Positions 34,105 through 47,549 of a stretch of DNA of 64,000 bases are shown here, piece by piece. The stretch's first letter is position 1. Each line of letters starts with the position of its first letter. This stretch comes from Octopus vulgaris (lineage: Eukaryota). Where the stretch lies: positions 18,600,001 to 18,664,000 of the forward strand of contig OX597838.1 in NCBI GenBank assembly GCA_951406725.2, read 5' to 3'. The position numbers and the translations under genes were made by a program. The notes beneath the pieces are model-generated. The model made no database searches. It was not told where the DNA came from and saw only the letters and a list, made by a program, of their open reading frames with translations.

Positions 34105-34484
34105 GTATGTAGGCTCAGGAGTGGCTGTGTGGTTAAAAGCTTGCTTCCCAACCACATGAGTCTGGGTTCAGTTCCACTGCATTTTCCATTTTTAATGTTA
34201 ATATTACAAAGTCAATTGGACGGTTTTGCGTCCGTGATCTTCCGGGATTTTCCGTCCATCATCTATATCTGCGTCGCCGCGTAAATCCCGATACGTACCA
34301 CACTTCAGTTCCGCTACTAAAGGCTTTAATTTTCCACAAATGTAAATGAAAGTTTGACTGCTTAAAACACGATCGTTTCCAGGAATATGGAGGAATGTAT
34401 AACCGATTTAGAGCAATACGTAAATTGCTTCACACACACACACACACATTTATATATACATGTGTCAGTGCGTGTGTGTGTATA

Positions 34485-35384
34485 CGAGGTTTGATAAATA
34501 CGTATCCCGACTGTTGCCATAGTAACTAACCTAAAGCACGCAGAGTAAAGCTTCAGGGCATGGATTGACGTTGAATATTGCTGTGCGTGCGCACTAAGTT
34601 TTAATGTTCTAGCTCACTTCTGCTGTTTACAGCAGTGCTTCGAAGGAGCCTGTGTAGCATGTGGTCATCCCATTGACCATGAAAGAGAAAGTCGTCATGG
34701 CGATATTTGCTCAGAGACTTACGTAAAGGTACAGAAAGAGTATGGAGAGGATTGTATGAACTGCACACGAGCGTACGAGTGGTTCAGACGTTTGTAAGAT
34801 GGCCGAAAAAATGTCGATATTGACGAACGTTCTGGGAGACACGCAACCAGCAGAACTGAGGAAACCATCGCAGATATGCATGCAGCTGTGAGGGGAAATC
34901 ATCGAATCACCATCCGTGAGTTATCAAAGGATGTGCAGAGTAGTTACAGTTCAGTTCAGTTCAGTCTATTATCACTGAAGATTTGGGTTTGAGACATGTG
35001 TCTGTCAAGTTTATTCCAAAACTGCTTTCAGCTGGGCAATAAGACACTCGGGTTTCAGTTGCACAAGATATCCTTGATTGTGTCAAGTACGATAAAAACT
35101 TTTTGAAAACTTTGTGTAGGTCTGTGATCTGGTATCCCCGAGCTTTTGTCAAGATTTGATGCAGATTCTCTGCTCAGCTTTCTCTGTCATGGTCAATGCG
35201 ACGATCACACGCTACACACCTTACTTCCAAGCATTGTTGTAAACAGCAGCAATGAGCAAGAATGTTAAGACTTAGTATACATGCAGAGCAGAGTTCGAGG
35301 TCAACCTTTGCCAAGCGGTTTTACGCTGCATGCTTTAGCTTCGTTACTCTGGCAACAGTCCGGACGCTTATTGATCAGACCACC
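34485..35384 (+). mobile_element. Mariner-derived non-autonomous element with long (about 210 bp) inverted ends
   Basis: TA-flanked; ends cgaggtttgataaatacgtatcccgactgttgcc / ggcaacagtccggacgcttattgatcagaccacc; internal decayed transposase N-terminus YEWFRRL*DGRKNVDIDERSGR...RITIREL...LGLRHVSVKFIPKLL. Confidence 0.85.
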
Positions 35385-35395
35385 TATATATATGT

Positions 35396-35508
<113 letters not shown>

Positions 35509-35793
35509 TGTATGTATGTATGTATGTATGTATGTATATGTATATATATATATATGCAGTTTAAAGCGCTCTTCCAACTGGTGTTTCCGACTCTATATCA
35601 CCTCCACCTTAGCTCCTTAGCTCTCTCTCTCTCTCTCTCCTTCTTTCCCTCGTTCTCTCGTTTCCTCTCTCTATATTGCTATCAATTCCTCTCCCTACAG
35701 TTCCCCTATTCTCCAACGCACACATAAGTCAGTATATTTCAATATAATAAAAATGTATACGTGCGTTGTGTCTGTATGTGCGTTGTTTGTGTG

Positions 35794-35835
<42 letters not shown>

Positions 35836-35866
35836 TTTATATATATAATATGTGTGCGTATGTGTT

Positions 35867-35932
<66 letters not shown>

Positions 35933-36115
35933 TGTTGTGTGTAGTAATTTCAAACCGAAAGGAAATACTGAAACAGCCCCACAGAGAATATTCTATTATC
36001 TTCATTCCTACCTATCTTTTAACCCTTTTTATTTATTTATTTATTTATTCATTTATGTTTTATTCATGTTCCTATATTCGCTTCAGATATAGATATATGT
36101 GTGTGTACGCATATA

Positions 36116-36160
<45 letters not shown>

Positions 36161-36165
36161 ATATA

Positions 36166-36214
<49 letters not shown>

Positions 36215-36228
36215 GTATATATATGTAT

Positions 36229-36278
<50 letters not shown>

Positions 36279-36360
36279 ATACGATACGCACATAAATATA
36301 AATATGAATATATATATATGTATATTTATATGTATATATATATGTGTGTATGTATATATG

Positions 36361-36397
<37 letters not shown>

Positions 36398-36646
36398 ATA
36401 TATTTATATGTATGTATGTATAAAGACCTAAGGGAAATGAATTAGATTTTGCTTTGTGTCGGATTTCAATTCAACTTCATTTTATGCACATATTACATAC
36501 ATATATACATATTTACATGCATGCATATATAAATGTCAGTGCGTGCGTGCGCGCGTGTATACGCATACATGCACGCTCACACTCATATACACGCATAAAC
36601 ACATATACACACATATAAATATACACTCGTAAATACATACATACAA

Positions 36647-36826
<180 letters not shown>

Positions 36827-37226
36827 GCGATTAATACACTTCTTGCGAAAGGGATGTTTCAAGGAGTCGACATATTTCTTTATAACTTCTCTTTATTGCG
36901 TAAATTGAAATACAAAAGCGGAATCAATGTGTATTGTTGTTAGATTTTAAAGAATTTCCCTATTTCTCTTCAGATAACTTTTCAATGCAACATCATCCTT
37001 ACTGCCGAGGGAATTATACTTACATAACGGAAAACTAAATAAATTGTATTGCGCAATCACACTGAGATAAAAGTAATTTCAGCCTCGATCTCAATCAGGA
37101 TCTGGAGATCGAAATGTTCTCCGCCATTTTAATCCCAGCAGTACTATACCACTCAGCGAATGAACCCTTGCTTCTTGTTGCAGAAATAACGATTGGGTGA
37201 GAGTGAATGTTCGTATAAAATAGATG

Positions 37227-37276
37227 AGGATGTAAACACACCAGCATCGGTTGTCAAGCGATATTGGGGGGGACAA

Positions 37277-37325
<49 letters not shown>

Positions 37326-37488
37326 CGACGGGCTTCTTTCAGTTTCCGTCTACCAAATCCACTCACAAGGCTTTGATCGGGTCGAGGCTATATTAGAAGA
37401 CACTTGCCCAAGGTGCCACGCAGTGGAACTGAACCCGGAACCATGTGGTTGGTAAGCAAGCTACTTACCACACAGCTACTCCTACGCC
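37227..37488 (-). mobile_element. SINE family A, 5' two-thirds
   Basis: Reverse complement of the family A head and body. Confidence 0.85.
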
Positions 37489-37534
37489 TACTGTATTTAT
37501 ATATATACAGACACACATTACCGAGCACATATAC

Positions 37535-37626
<92 letters not shown>

Positions 37627-38319
37627 TTTTGTTTTATTCCAATATCCTGGAATATGTAAATGTACGCATAGTCCCGCAATCATGTGTAACTATAACAGAT
37701 TATTGTATGTACTGCATAACAGAATCCGAAATAATATTCAAATTTCTCTTTTATAATATATCCAGCTCTCTGAATCGATAGTCATTAACAGTTTTTTTGG
37801 GTTTTTTTAACAAAGAACAATATCATAGATACAATGAACTTGCTTATTATTATTATCATCATTATTATTATTGTTGTTGTTGTTGTTGTTGTTGTTATTT
37901 CGGCCTAAGTCGTTTAGTCGCTCGTCGGAAATATAACACCTTGTTTCTAATGGACCTAAACTACTCTAACTGCATTAGATAGGTTTCCAGATTTATCCTT
38001 TTCTCTTCACCCATGATTACACTAGAAGTTCGACTCATTGGCTAATAATGTCTGGGATAATTGCGATCAGGTTTTTATTTAAAATCTACCTATATACACT
38101 GTGATGTTCCAGTAATATATTTACGCCTACAAAAACCACAATACTTACACAGCTCCATTTCAGACGGTAGGGAGTAATTTTAGAGAGGATTTGGTTGTTA
38201 TTTTCAGCAGATCGAGTGACATTTGATGTTCTATATTTATATTTGCAGTCGTTATTGAGTTGTTATTGCTGGTGAGGTGGGGCAACATATATAGTAAATA
38301 AAATAGTCCTTTCTTCAAA

Positions 38320-38512
38320 AGGCACAAGGCCTGAAATTTTAAGGAAAAGGGGACTAGTCGATTACATCGGACCCCAGTGTTTCACTGGTACTTAATTTAT
38401 CGACCCCGAAAAAAATGAAAGGCAAAGTCGACCCTGGCGGAATTTGAACTCTGAGCGTAAAGACGGACGAAATGTTGTTAAGCATTTTGCCCGACGTGCT
38501 AACAATTCTGCC
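38320..38512 (-). mobile_element. SINE family B (short-tail form)
   Basis: ggcacaaggcctgaaattt...aatttgaactctgagcgtaaagacggacgaaatg...ttctgcca. Confidence 0.8.
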
Positions 38513-38697
38513 ACATAAATTTATGTGTATCACTTGGTCATCTGTTTCTTATGCAGCAGGCTTTCGAAAGTCTTTTCATCAATCATTTCTTTATATTATA
38601 ACCTCATTCCGTGTTAACTTTCTAAAATCCTATATATTCTTTCCAACTGTTCACTGGCGTGGAATAGATATACATGGAGACACAATCTGGTCTTTAA

Positions 38698-39004
38698 CCC
38701 CTTACCCGGCAGAAACGAATATATTCGTTTTGACCGAAATCGTTTTTTTCTATCTCTGGCGAATTAACTCGTCAAAAGATAGACTCGCCAAAATCGACAG
38801 CAAACGAGTTCCTTCGTCTAAAAACGGGTTAACTCGTTTCTGCCCAAAACGGTAATTTAAAATCAATATTATTGAATTAAAATTCATAATAAATAAGGTT
38901 TGAAATATACCTCGAAATCACCATTCAAAACATAGTAAAATAAAACAATTAAAAAAATGTCTGAAAAAATACATTTATTTTCAAAATAATTGTTGGGTAA
39001 GGGG
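38698..39004. mobile_element. piggyBac-type MITE
   Basis: TTAA at 38694-38697 and 39005-39008; TIRs CCCCTTACCCGGCA / TGTTGGGTAAGGGG. Confidence 0.85.
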
Positions 39005-39029
39005 TTAACGTTATCTTCAATGCTATAAA

Positions 39030-39785
39030 GAGCCAAATTGTTCTCATCAACAGTGGCAAAAGAACCATTGAAGGAACCAACCAGAGATTTTATTACCTTC
39101 GAGCGCTCAGGACTGCTGATCCGTTTGAATAAGATGAAACTGCCTGTGAGCGATAAAAAGTGGAACGGCTATTGGGAGGTGGCTGCAGATTTACCAGAGT
39201 GCCAAGGATTCTTTCCCATCCTAGTTACGAAGAAACCGGATATCACAATATGGTGTGAAAGAAAGAAAGTGGCAAATCTGGTCGAGTTAACGGTTCTCTC
39301 ATCAAGATAACATGGACGCCGCTCGAACTTGAAAGATTGACCGTTATGTAAACCTCCTCGAAGAATGTGAAGATGTAGGCTGGAAAGCGGAGGATTTTTC
39401 ATTCGATGTCGGATGTAGAGGATTCGTAGGACAGTGTGATACGACTTTTGTTATCATAAGGTTATCATAAAACTCACTCTAAAACAAATACCACCATGAG
39501 TGATACTCAAATTACAGTGGGAAAAACAAGCCACTTAATTTGGTTAAAAAGAGACGATGTACGATGGCTAGAAGAATATTGAGCTAAATCTGACAACCAG
39601 TTGATCTGGCAGGCGGGGCCTCATTTCATTGAGTGGGGCCGGTGCGCAATGATGCCGTCGTGATGTAGGCCCCTAAACGGCGCGCGTTCTTTCCTGATGT
39701 CCCCATAAACTTGCTGGTATTCGGTATTCGGAGCTTTCAACTGGTAGCATTTACATCTGCAAGTTGTTTGCAAAACATCTAACCT
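39030..39785 (+). mobile_element. Decayed 3' part of an RLE-type (HERO-like) LINE: restriction-like endonuclease domain plus 3' UTR
   Basis: WEVAADL...KKPDITIWCERKKVANLVELTV (PD..(D/E) RLE motif), FDVGCRGFVG, LIWLKRDD..W. Confidence 0.8.
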
Positions 39786-40190
39786 TATTCCGTGCTAATT
39801 CTCTGAAATCCTATATAATCCTTTAGTCGTACTAACATTTGCTTTGACTGTAGCGGTTAGCCCGTTCAGCTGATAATGTTTCATAAAACCAAAGCATGTC
39901 TTCAATTACCTCCACACTCATAAACTTACTCCTTACTCCATTCTCTCCTGATGACCCCATACACTTGCTGGCTTCTGGAATACGGAGCTTTCAACTGGTA
40001 GCACTTACATCTGCAAGTTGGTTGCAAAACATCTAACCTTATTCCGTGCTAATTCTCTGAAATCCTATATAATCCTTTAGTCGTACTACCATTCGCTTTA
40101 ACTGTAGTGGTTAGCCCGTTCAGCTGATAATGTTTCATAAAACCAAAGCATGTCTTCAATTACCTCCACACTCATAAACTTACTCCTTGC
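39686..40190 (+). repeat. Tandem duplication of about 255 bp spanning the LINE 3' end and its flank
   Basis: ctgatg.ccccat...catctaaccttattccgtgctaattctctg...cataaacttactcctt occurs twice. Confidence 0.9.
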
Positions 40191-40786
40191 TGTATTTTAT
40201 TTTTAACGAACTTTAATTAAAATTTCCTTGTTTGGCTCCATCTGCTGTCTTCTTTTCCATTTAAATATTCATCTAATGTTACTTTCTTCTCCCTCAAGGC
40301 TGGAAATTTAATGAATTAATATTCCTTATCTCACAATATTAACAAAGCAAGTATGCTAGTACCTACTTCACTTGTTCGTCTCGATGCAGAAGAGGACCCT
40401 GAATATTTTTCATTTGCCATTATTCTCTGTCAGCCGAGGCGATTCTCTTATTTCATAGACAGAGGAATGTGTAGAGGCGTGTGGGAAGGGTGGGGTGGTT
40501 ATGTGGGGGGGGGGGTGCTGTAGCTGGCGAGAATGGTCAATGAATGCCAATAATTAAGAAATCGTTAATTGGTATTGGACTAAAATAGTAACTTTAGAAT
40601 TTGTAAACAATTTATTCACAAGAATGAGAAGAAGAACAACAACAACAACAATATCGAATTTTACTTCAGAAGAACAAAGGAATGTCTGATAGGAGGAATA
40701 TAGGTGTCTATATAAATACATGTACGCATGTATGTATAAAAGTGTGCTTATATACATATATGTATATGCATATGAATGTGTGTTTG

Positions 40787-40822
<36 letters not shown>

Positions 40823-41321
40823 GTGTGTGTCTGTGTGTGTGTATATACATATTTACATACACACACACATACATATACACATACATATATACATGTGTGT
40901 GCATGTGTGTGTGAGTAATTATGAACGTATTTATTGATGGCTGCATAGAAAGATAAACGTGTGTTTGTATGTAGGCTTATTTGTGTGAATAAACATAAGT
41001 ATACACGCATATACACCAATATATACAAGTAGTTTATAAAAGCAGGTGCGTGTATATATCTTTATATCTACCTATGTGTGCGTGTGCGTGTGTATGTGTG
41101 TGTATTCGTACGCGTATATTTGACTGTATATACGCATAAAGATTTATCAATGCATCCATACACTTACAGCATATTCCGTTTTTTTATGTAAGCCGAAATA
41201 TGTATAAACACACACACACACACACGTACTTACATTCATGCATACGTGCATACATGTACGTATACATACATACACACATATATACATATATATATATATA
41301 TGTATATATAAAAATGTATAC

Positions 41322-41359
<38 letters not shown>

Positions 41360-41409
41360 GTATATATATAAATGTATGTGTATTTTTTAATGTGTACAAA
41401 TAACACGGA

Positions 41410-42299
41410 ATAAATAAATGAATAGTTACTAGGATAGCAAAATCTCACATAAGTGGCAAGAATATTACAGACTACTTATAAAGGTAGAAATTCCAGGGTT
41501 AAGTGAAATATTTCTGTATAACATACATAAATTAAGAAATGGAGTTAAACGCAGGTGTTATACAAATCTTTATACTTTCAACATATGTTTCGAAGAAAAC
41601 ATTAATATTATTCCGAAGGGAATAAAATGATATAAAACAATGCAATCATCTCCTCTGGGGAAAAAAGAGAAACAAAACACATCAGTAAGCCATTTTAACC
41701 GAATGTGATTACCGCGTATATAATGAAGGGAAACATTGGCAGGTTATTTTTTTAAAAGCCGCTTAAAGATTTCACGTCGAAGGTAATTTAGAGAAAGAGA
41801 AGGAGGAGGAAGAAAGAAATTGACAGAAAATTAAGAGTGGAAAAATATAGTGCGATAGGTGAATGGGAATAGCGCTTAAAAGCGTTGAAATAGATATATG
41901 TAGTTGAAATGAAATGTAAAAAGACAGTTATCGATTCCTAGAATGGAATATTCTATCTAGATCCTTTCCACATGATAAAGATAAATCATTTTTGTCCGCA
42001 CTCTAACAAAGAACAATATCTCATTCTTTTCTCGGAGAATTCTCTTGTAAACATATTTAAAGAACGCGTTTATCGTTGCAAACATTGGCAAAAACATACT
42101 CTTTACTCTTTTACTTGTTTCCGTCATTTGACTGCGGCCATGCTGGAGCACCGCCTTTAGTCGAGCAAATCGATCTCGGGACTTATTCTTTGTAAGCCCA
42201 GTACTTATTCTATCGATCTCTTTTGCCGAACCGCTAAGTGACGGGGACGTAAACACACCAGCATCGGTTGTCAAGCAATGCTAGAGGGACAAACACAGA

Positions 42300-42366
<67 letters not shown>

Positions 42367-42845
42367 GACGGGCTTCTTTCAGTTTCCGTCTACCAAATCC
42401 ACTCACAAGGCATTGGTCGGCCCGGGGCTATAGTGAAGACACTTGCCCAAGATGCCACGCAGTGGGACTGAACCCGGAACCATGTGGTTGGTTAGCAAGC
42501 TACTTACCACACAGCCACTCCTGCGCCTTTAGTTCCTTTAGTTCCTATAAGTAATTTCAAGCAATCTATAAATTTCAACCTTTAACTGTCTTCTTACATT
42601 TCATTTCCACTATATATAACTGTTTCCACGCTTTTAAGTTTTATTTCCATTCATCTATCACACTATATTTATCCATTCTTAATTTTCTGTTAATTTCTTT
42701 CTTTCTCCTCCTCCACTTTCTCTAAATTGCCTTTGACGTTAAATCTATTAACGGTTTTTTTTTTAAAATAATTTGTCAGCGTTCCTCTTCATCATATACG
42801 CGATAAGCAAATTCGGTTAAAATGGCTTATTGGTATGTTTTGTTT
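41410..42845. mobile_element. Penelope-like remnant: GIY-YIG C-terminus (+, about 41937-42098) with 3' UTR and an inverted 3' UTR copy
   Basis: LEWNILSRSFP../CPHSNKEQYLILFS..LVNIFKERVYRCKHWQK resembles Neptune-type PLE C-termini; 41670-41930 is the reverse complement of 42583-42845; degenerate HHR (CAGAGGA...GAAACAUAUGUU) on minus at about 41580-41660. Confidence 0.65.
42098..42527 (-). mobile_element. SINE family A inserted in the Penelope remnant
   Basis: Full reverse-complement copy. Confidence 0.9.
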
Positions 42846-42863
42846 ATATCCCCGTAACCTAGC

Positions 42864-43397
42864 GGTTACGGGGATATAAACAAACCAGCATCGGTTGTCT
42901 CGCGATGTTATGGCGGCGAGCTGGCAGAAACGTTAGCACGCCGGGCGAAATGCTTAGCGGTCGGTATTTCGTCTGCGTTACGTTGTGAGTTCAAATTCCG
43001 CCGAGGTCGACTTTGCCTTTCATCCTTTCGGGGTCGATAAATTAAGTACCAGTTACGCACTGGGGTCGATGTAATCGACTTAATAACTATGTCTGTCCTT
43101 GTTTGTCCCCTCTGTGTTTAGCCCCCTGTGGGTAATAAAGAAATAGGTTGTCTAGCGATATTAGGGGGGACAGACACAGATACACACACACACACACTCA
43201 AACACACATATATACATATATATATATAGATATACGACGGGCTTCTTTCAGTTTCCGTGTACCAAATCCACTCACAAGGCTTTGGTCGGCCCGAGGTTAT
43301 AGTCCAAGACACTTGCCCAAGGTGCCACGCAGTGAGACTGAACCAGGAACCATGAGGTTCGTAAGCAAGCTACTTACCACACAGCCTCTCCTGCGCC
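42864..43397 (-). mobile_element. SINE family A interrupted by a SINE B insertion
   Basis: Body resumes at 43146 after the insertion; head at 43397. Confidence 0.85.
42911..43145 (+). mobile_element. Full-length SINE family B (long tail) with 18-bp TSD
   Basis: TSD ggttgtctcgcgatgtta (42893-42910) / ggttgtctagcgatatta (43146-43163). Confidence 0.9.
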
Positions 43398-43509
43398 ACA
43401 TACATAATATAATTTATGGTGAATTTATGTAAAGAAGCCCCATAAAATTCATCAATTTATTTAAAAATGGAGGAGACAATTTGTTAAAATATATAAGAAG
43501 TTTAATTTT

Positions 43510-43618
43510 TGCAGACGATCGTTTCGTACAGAGATATCAAAATAATAATTCATGATAGAATTAAATTAAATTAAATTAAATTAAATTAATTAGACATACC
43601 AATGTATTCTACAGTGCA
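43510..43618 (-). ncRNA. Degenerate type I hammerhead ribozyme (A6 to U)
   Basis: UGCA-CUGUAGA-AUAC...GUAC-GAAA-CGAUCG-UC-UGCA; palindromic stem III, GUC triplet; (UUUAA)n expansion in loop II. Confidence 0.6.
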
Positions 43619-43977
43619 GGAAGTATAAACAAAAATACGATGTACTTGAGAAGGAAAATAGCAGAAAAATTGAATCTAGGAGATTCATATTTTCATTCCA
43701 TGTGAGAAAGAGATGTGTCATGTTGGATATTTAACCATAACTCATACATACATACATGCATACATACATACATACATACATACATACATACGTACATACA
43801 TACATACATACATACATACATACATACATACATACATACATGTGAGACAGACAGACAGATTATCATCATTATTGTTGTTTGCTTTGAAATGGTGCTTTTA
43901 GCCTGTTCCTGCTTAGAAGATGATTCTGCCCCGGACAACCTAACAGATAAACTAATTTTGCTCGTTTTATCAGCTTG

Positions 43978-44028
<51 letters not shown>

Positions 44029-44094
44029 GACCCGATAAACATGCAAAAGTTTAGTTAATTACTTTGTGTGTGTGTGTGTGTGTGTGCATATATG

Positions 44095-44138
<44 letters not shown>

Positions 44139-44286
44139 TATTATGTGTGTATATATATATATACATAATATATATATATATATATATATTAATATTATGT
44201 GTATATATATATATACATAATATGTATATATATATATATTAATATTATGTGTATGTATATATATATACATAATTGTGTGTGTGTAT

Positions 44287-44335
<49 letters not shown>

Positions 44336-44431
44336 ATATATGTATACATATATGTGTGTGTGTGTATTCAGAGAGAGATAAATAGATAGATAGATAAATA
44401 GAAAGGAAGAAAGAAAGATAGATAGATAGAT

Positions 44432-44465
<34 letters not shown>

Positions 44466-44467
44466 GC

Positions 44468-44518
<51 letters not shown>

Positions 44519-44522
44519 TACA

Positions 44523-44621
<99 letters not shown>

Positions 44622-45210
44622 TGTGGCTGTGACGTCGAGTAAATCAAACGTTTCCATTCGCAGTTAATTCGGAAGCATTGTAAATCTCTGAGAATATCAT
44701 TCTCTCATTTTTTCCTCGTCTCTCAGACTGTATGACGTGTCTTAACTGCAAAAGAACAACTCATATGTCAGAATCAAAGACATAATTAACAAAACTGTCG
44801 GTTGATAAGCCATCTAACTGGACGCAAAGTACAAGTTTGACACCAACGAGCAGCCATGTTTCCATTGTGATTTTGACTTTCACTGTTTCTAGGTCAACAT
44901 GGCGGACGTATCATTACAGTTTTCTCGACTTTTCTATTAACCTTTTCTGCTGTGTGTTTCTATTCGGCACAGCGTGTTATGTACCATTTACGCTCCCGTG
45001 TTCAGTATAAAAGAAACGCAACGAGCTTTTCGTTTATCCTCCTTTTCAGATATATAAAAGAAACTACCAGTTCCATGCTGTGCTCGAGTTAATCTATAAT
45101 GACCAAACTACTCGCGAGTGCGTGGTTTAACGGTTAGGGGTGTTGCTCTCACGATCTCGCGATCGTGTGTGTTCGATTCCTGCACAGTGCAGTACGTTTT
45201 TTTTTTGTAT

Positions 45211-45605
45211 TGGCTGTGTGGTAAGTAGCTTGCTAACCAATCACATGGTTACTTGTTTCAGTCATTTGACTGGGCCATGCTGGAGCACCACCTTTAGTCG
45301 AGCAAATCGACCCCGGGACTTATTCCTTGTAAGCCTAGTATATATATATTCTATGTGTGTGTGTGTGTGTGTGTGTGTGGACGTAAACACACCAGAATTG
45401 GTTGTCAAGCAATGCTAGGGGAACAAACACAGAAAAACACACATACACATACATATATATATACATATATATACATATATACGACGGGCTTCTTTCAGTT
45501 TCCGTCTACCAAATCCACTCACAAGGCTTTGGTCGGCCCGGGGTTATAGCAGAAGACACTTGCCCAGCATGGCCGTAGTCAAATGAACTGAAACAAGTAA
45601 AAGAA
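45211..45605. mobile_element. Internally inverted (scrambled) SINE family A
   Basis: Plus-strand head, minus-strand tail and body, then plus-strand tail. Confidence 0.75.
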
Positions 45606-45936
45606 AAAAAAAAAAAGAAAAATATTTTATTTTACATAGTTTTGCAATCACTTCGACATCTGACAAACGGCACACCATACAAGCAATGTAGACAGTGAGC
45701 TAATGTACACCACAAATATTTAATCACAATAAACAAATCATCTGCTTAACAAGAAGTTGCAGAACTGTCTTTCTCAGCCTCGAGAAACTACCATTAAGAA
45801 TATAAACGGGGAAAAAAAAAAAATCCTCACCCACCTTGAAGGAATGAGGGGCCGTCTCAGACGCTGGATCTGTTAGAAACCGCAGACAAATTCCCGTCAA
45901 ATCATATTCATTAAGATATAATTTGACATCAAATTA

Positions 45937-46121
45937 TTGGGTTGTCCGGAAAGTTCGTGCCGATTTTTAAAGGAAAGAAAAAGGTCAATAAATACTTGTC
46001 ATTACATTTGTAATCCACCAAATATGAACCATTTCGTTGCACAATGCGTCTCCCTCTTTCCTTCAACTTGAAAATACCCTCTTCCCAAAATTGAGGTGGT
46101 TTCATGGCAAAAAGATTCATC
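45937..46121 (-). mobile_element. Mariner 3'-end fragment (same family as 63216-63778)
   Basis: TA + TIR ttgggttgtccggaaagttcgtg; translation FAMKPPQFWEEGIFKLKER..RIV..NGSYLVD. Confidence 0.85.
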
Positions 46122-46489
46122 AGCCTTGATTCAGGATCCTTTTCAGCCATCTTTTATTTCGAATTTTTGTATCTAAAACTATAGCTGCGTTGCTGTTGAT
46201 GTTATTGGTTGTGGTAATGTTGTTGTTGTGAGGGGTGAAGGGGGGTGAGGGTGGCGGCGATGGTGGTGGTGATTGTCGTCGTTGTCATCATACCGGTGAT
46301 GATGCTGATGGTGGTGGTGGTGGTAGTGGTGGTGGTGGTGGTGGTGATAGTTCTAAGCACTATTGTATTAGTCATGATCCAGTAAACATGGATGTTTTAG
46401 CCTTGAGTAATTCGTCTTGTGTCAGAGTGTGTTTGTGTGAGAGAGAGGAAGAGACACACGGAGCAAGAGGGAGACAGAGAGAGACATAC

Positions 46490-46526
<37 letters not shown>

Positions 46527-46605
46527 TACTGAGAGAGAAACAGATAGAGATATAAACAGAGAGAGAGAGAGAGAGAGAGACACACACACACACACACAAA
46601 GAGAA

Positions 46606-46654
<49 letters not shown>

Positions 46655-47218
46655 AACAGACAGACAGACGGACGTACGGACGGACGGAGTGAGTGAATGA
46701 TTGGAAGGACACCAAACTAACTACTATTTCAAGCAGGGGCAATAGCCACCCAGTTCCGAAAGCGATGCTTACTAACGAACTGGCTGTCAAAGCAACAAAA
46801 CTTACAGGAACTGCTTTTTGGAACAATCTTACGATATCTCCACTTGTTTATTAAACCTGTTTTCTGTTGTAAAAACTGTAAAAGTTGTGTTGTCTTTCAT
46901 TCTACTAAACACCCACATTTCTAGTCTTTGTTCTAACATTATCAGTTATTGATATAAATAAAAAGAAATTAACATTTTTCCGTTTAAATAATTCCTCTCA
47001 CTGACGTCCAGAAATAGGACAGCGAGAGCGTTGCTTGCTGTAAAGACCAGCCAGTAACATCTGCTGCATCAGTTTCTCTACAACATTGGCTTCTTTCCTC
47101 GGGCGCCATGCTTTCATTTGAACTTCACAGTGGAAAACAAGACACACACAATCTCTCTCTTTATTTCACTCTCTGTTTCTCTGTCTCTCTGTCTCTCTCT
47201 CTCTCTGTCTCTCTTTCC

Positions 47219-47250
<32 letters not shown>

Positions 47251-47265
47251 CTATCTATTTATCTG

Positions 47266-47340
<75 letters not shown>

Positions 47341-47341
47341 C

Positions 47342-47372
<31 letters not shown>

Positions 47373-47383
47373 CTATCTATCTA

Positions 47384-47430
<47 letters not shown>

Positions 47431-47459
47431 GTCAATCTATCTATCTATCTGTCGTTCTG

Positions 47460-47538
<79 letters not shown>

Positions 47539-47549
47539 GACTGTCTATC

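Noticed and set aside
44880-44940. caacATGGCGG as a start codon or YY1 site
   Set aside because: Frame closes after 13 codons and the donor is weak; a single motif is insufficient
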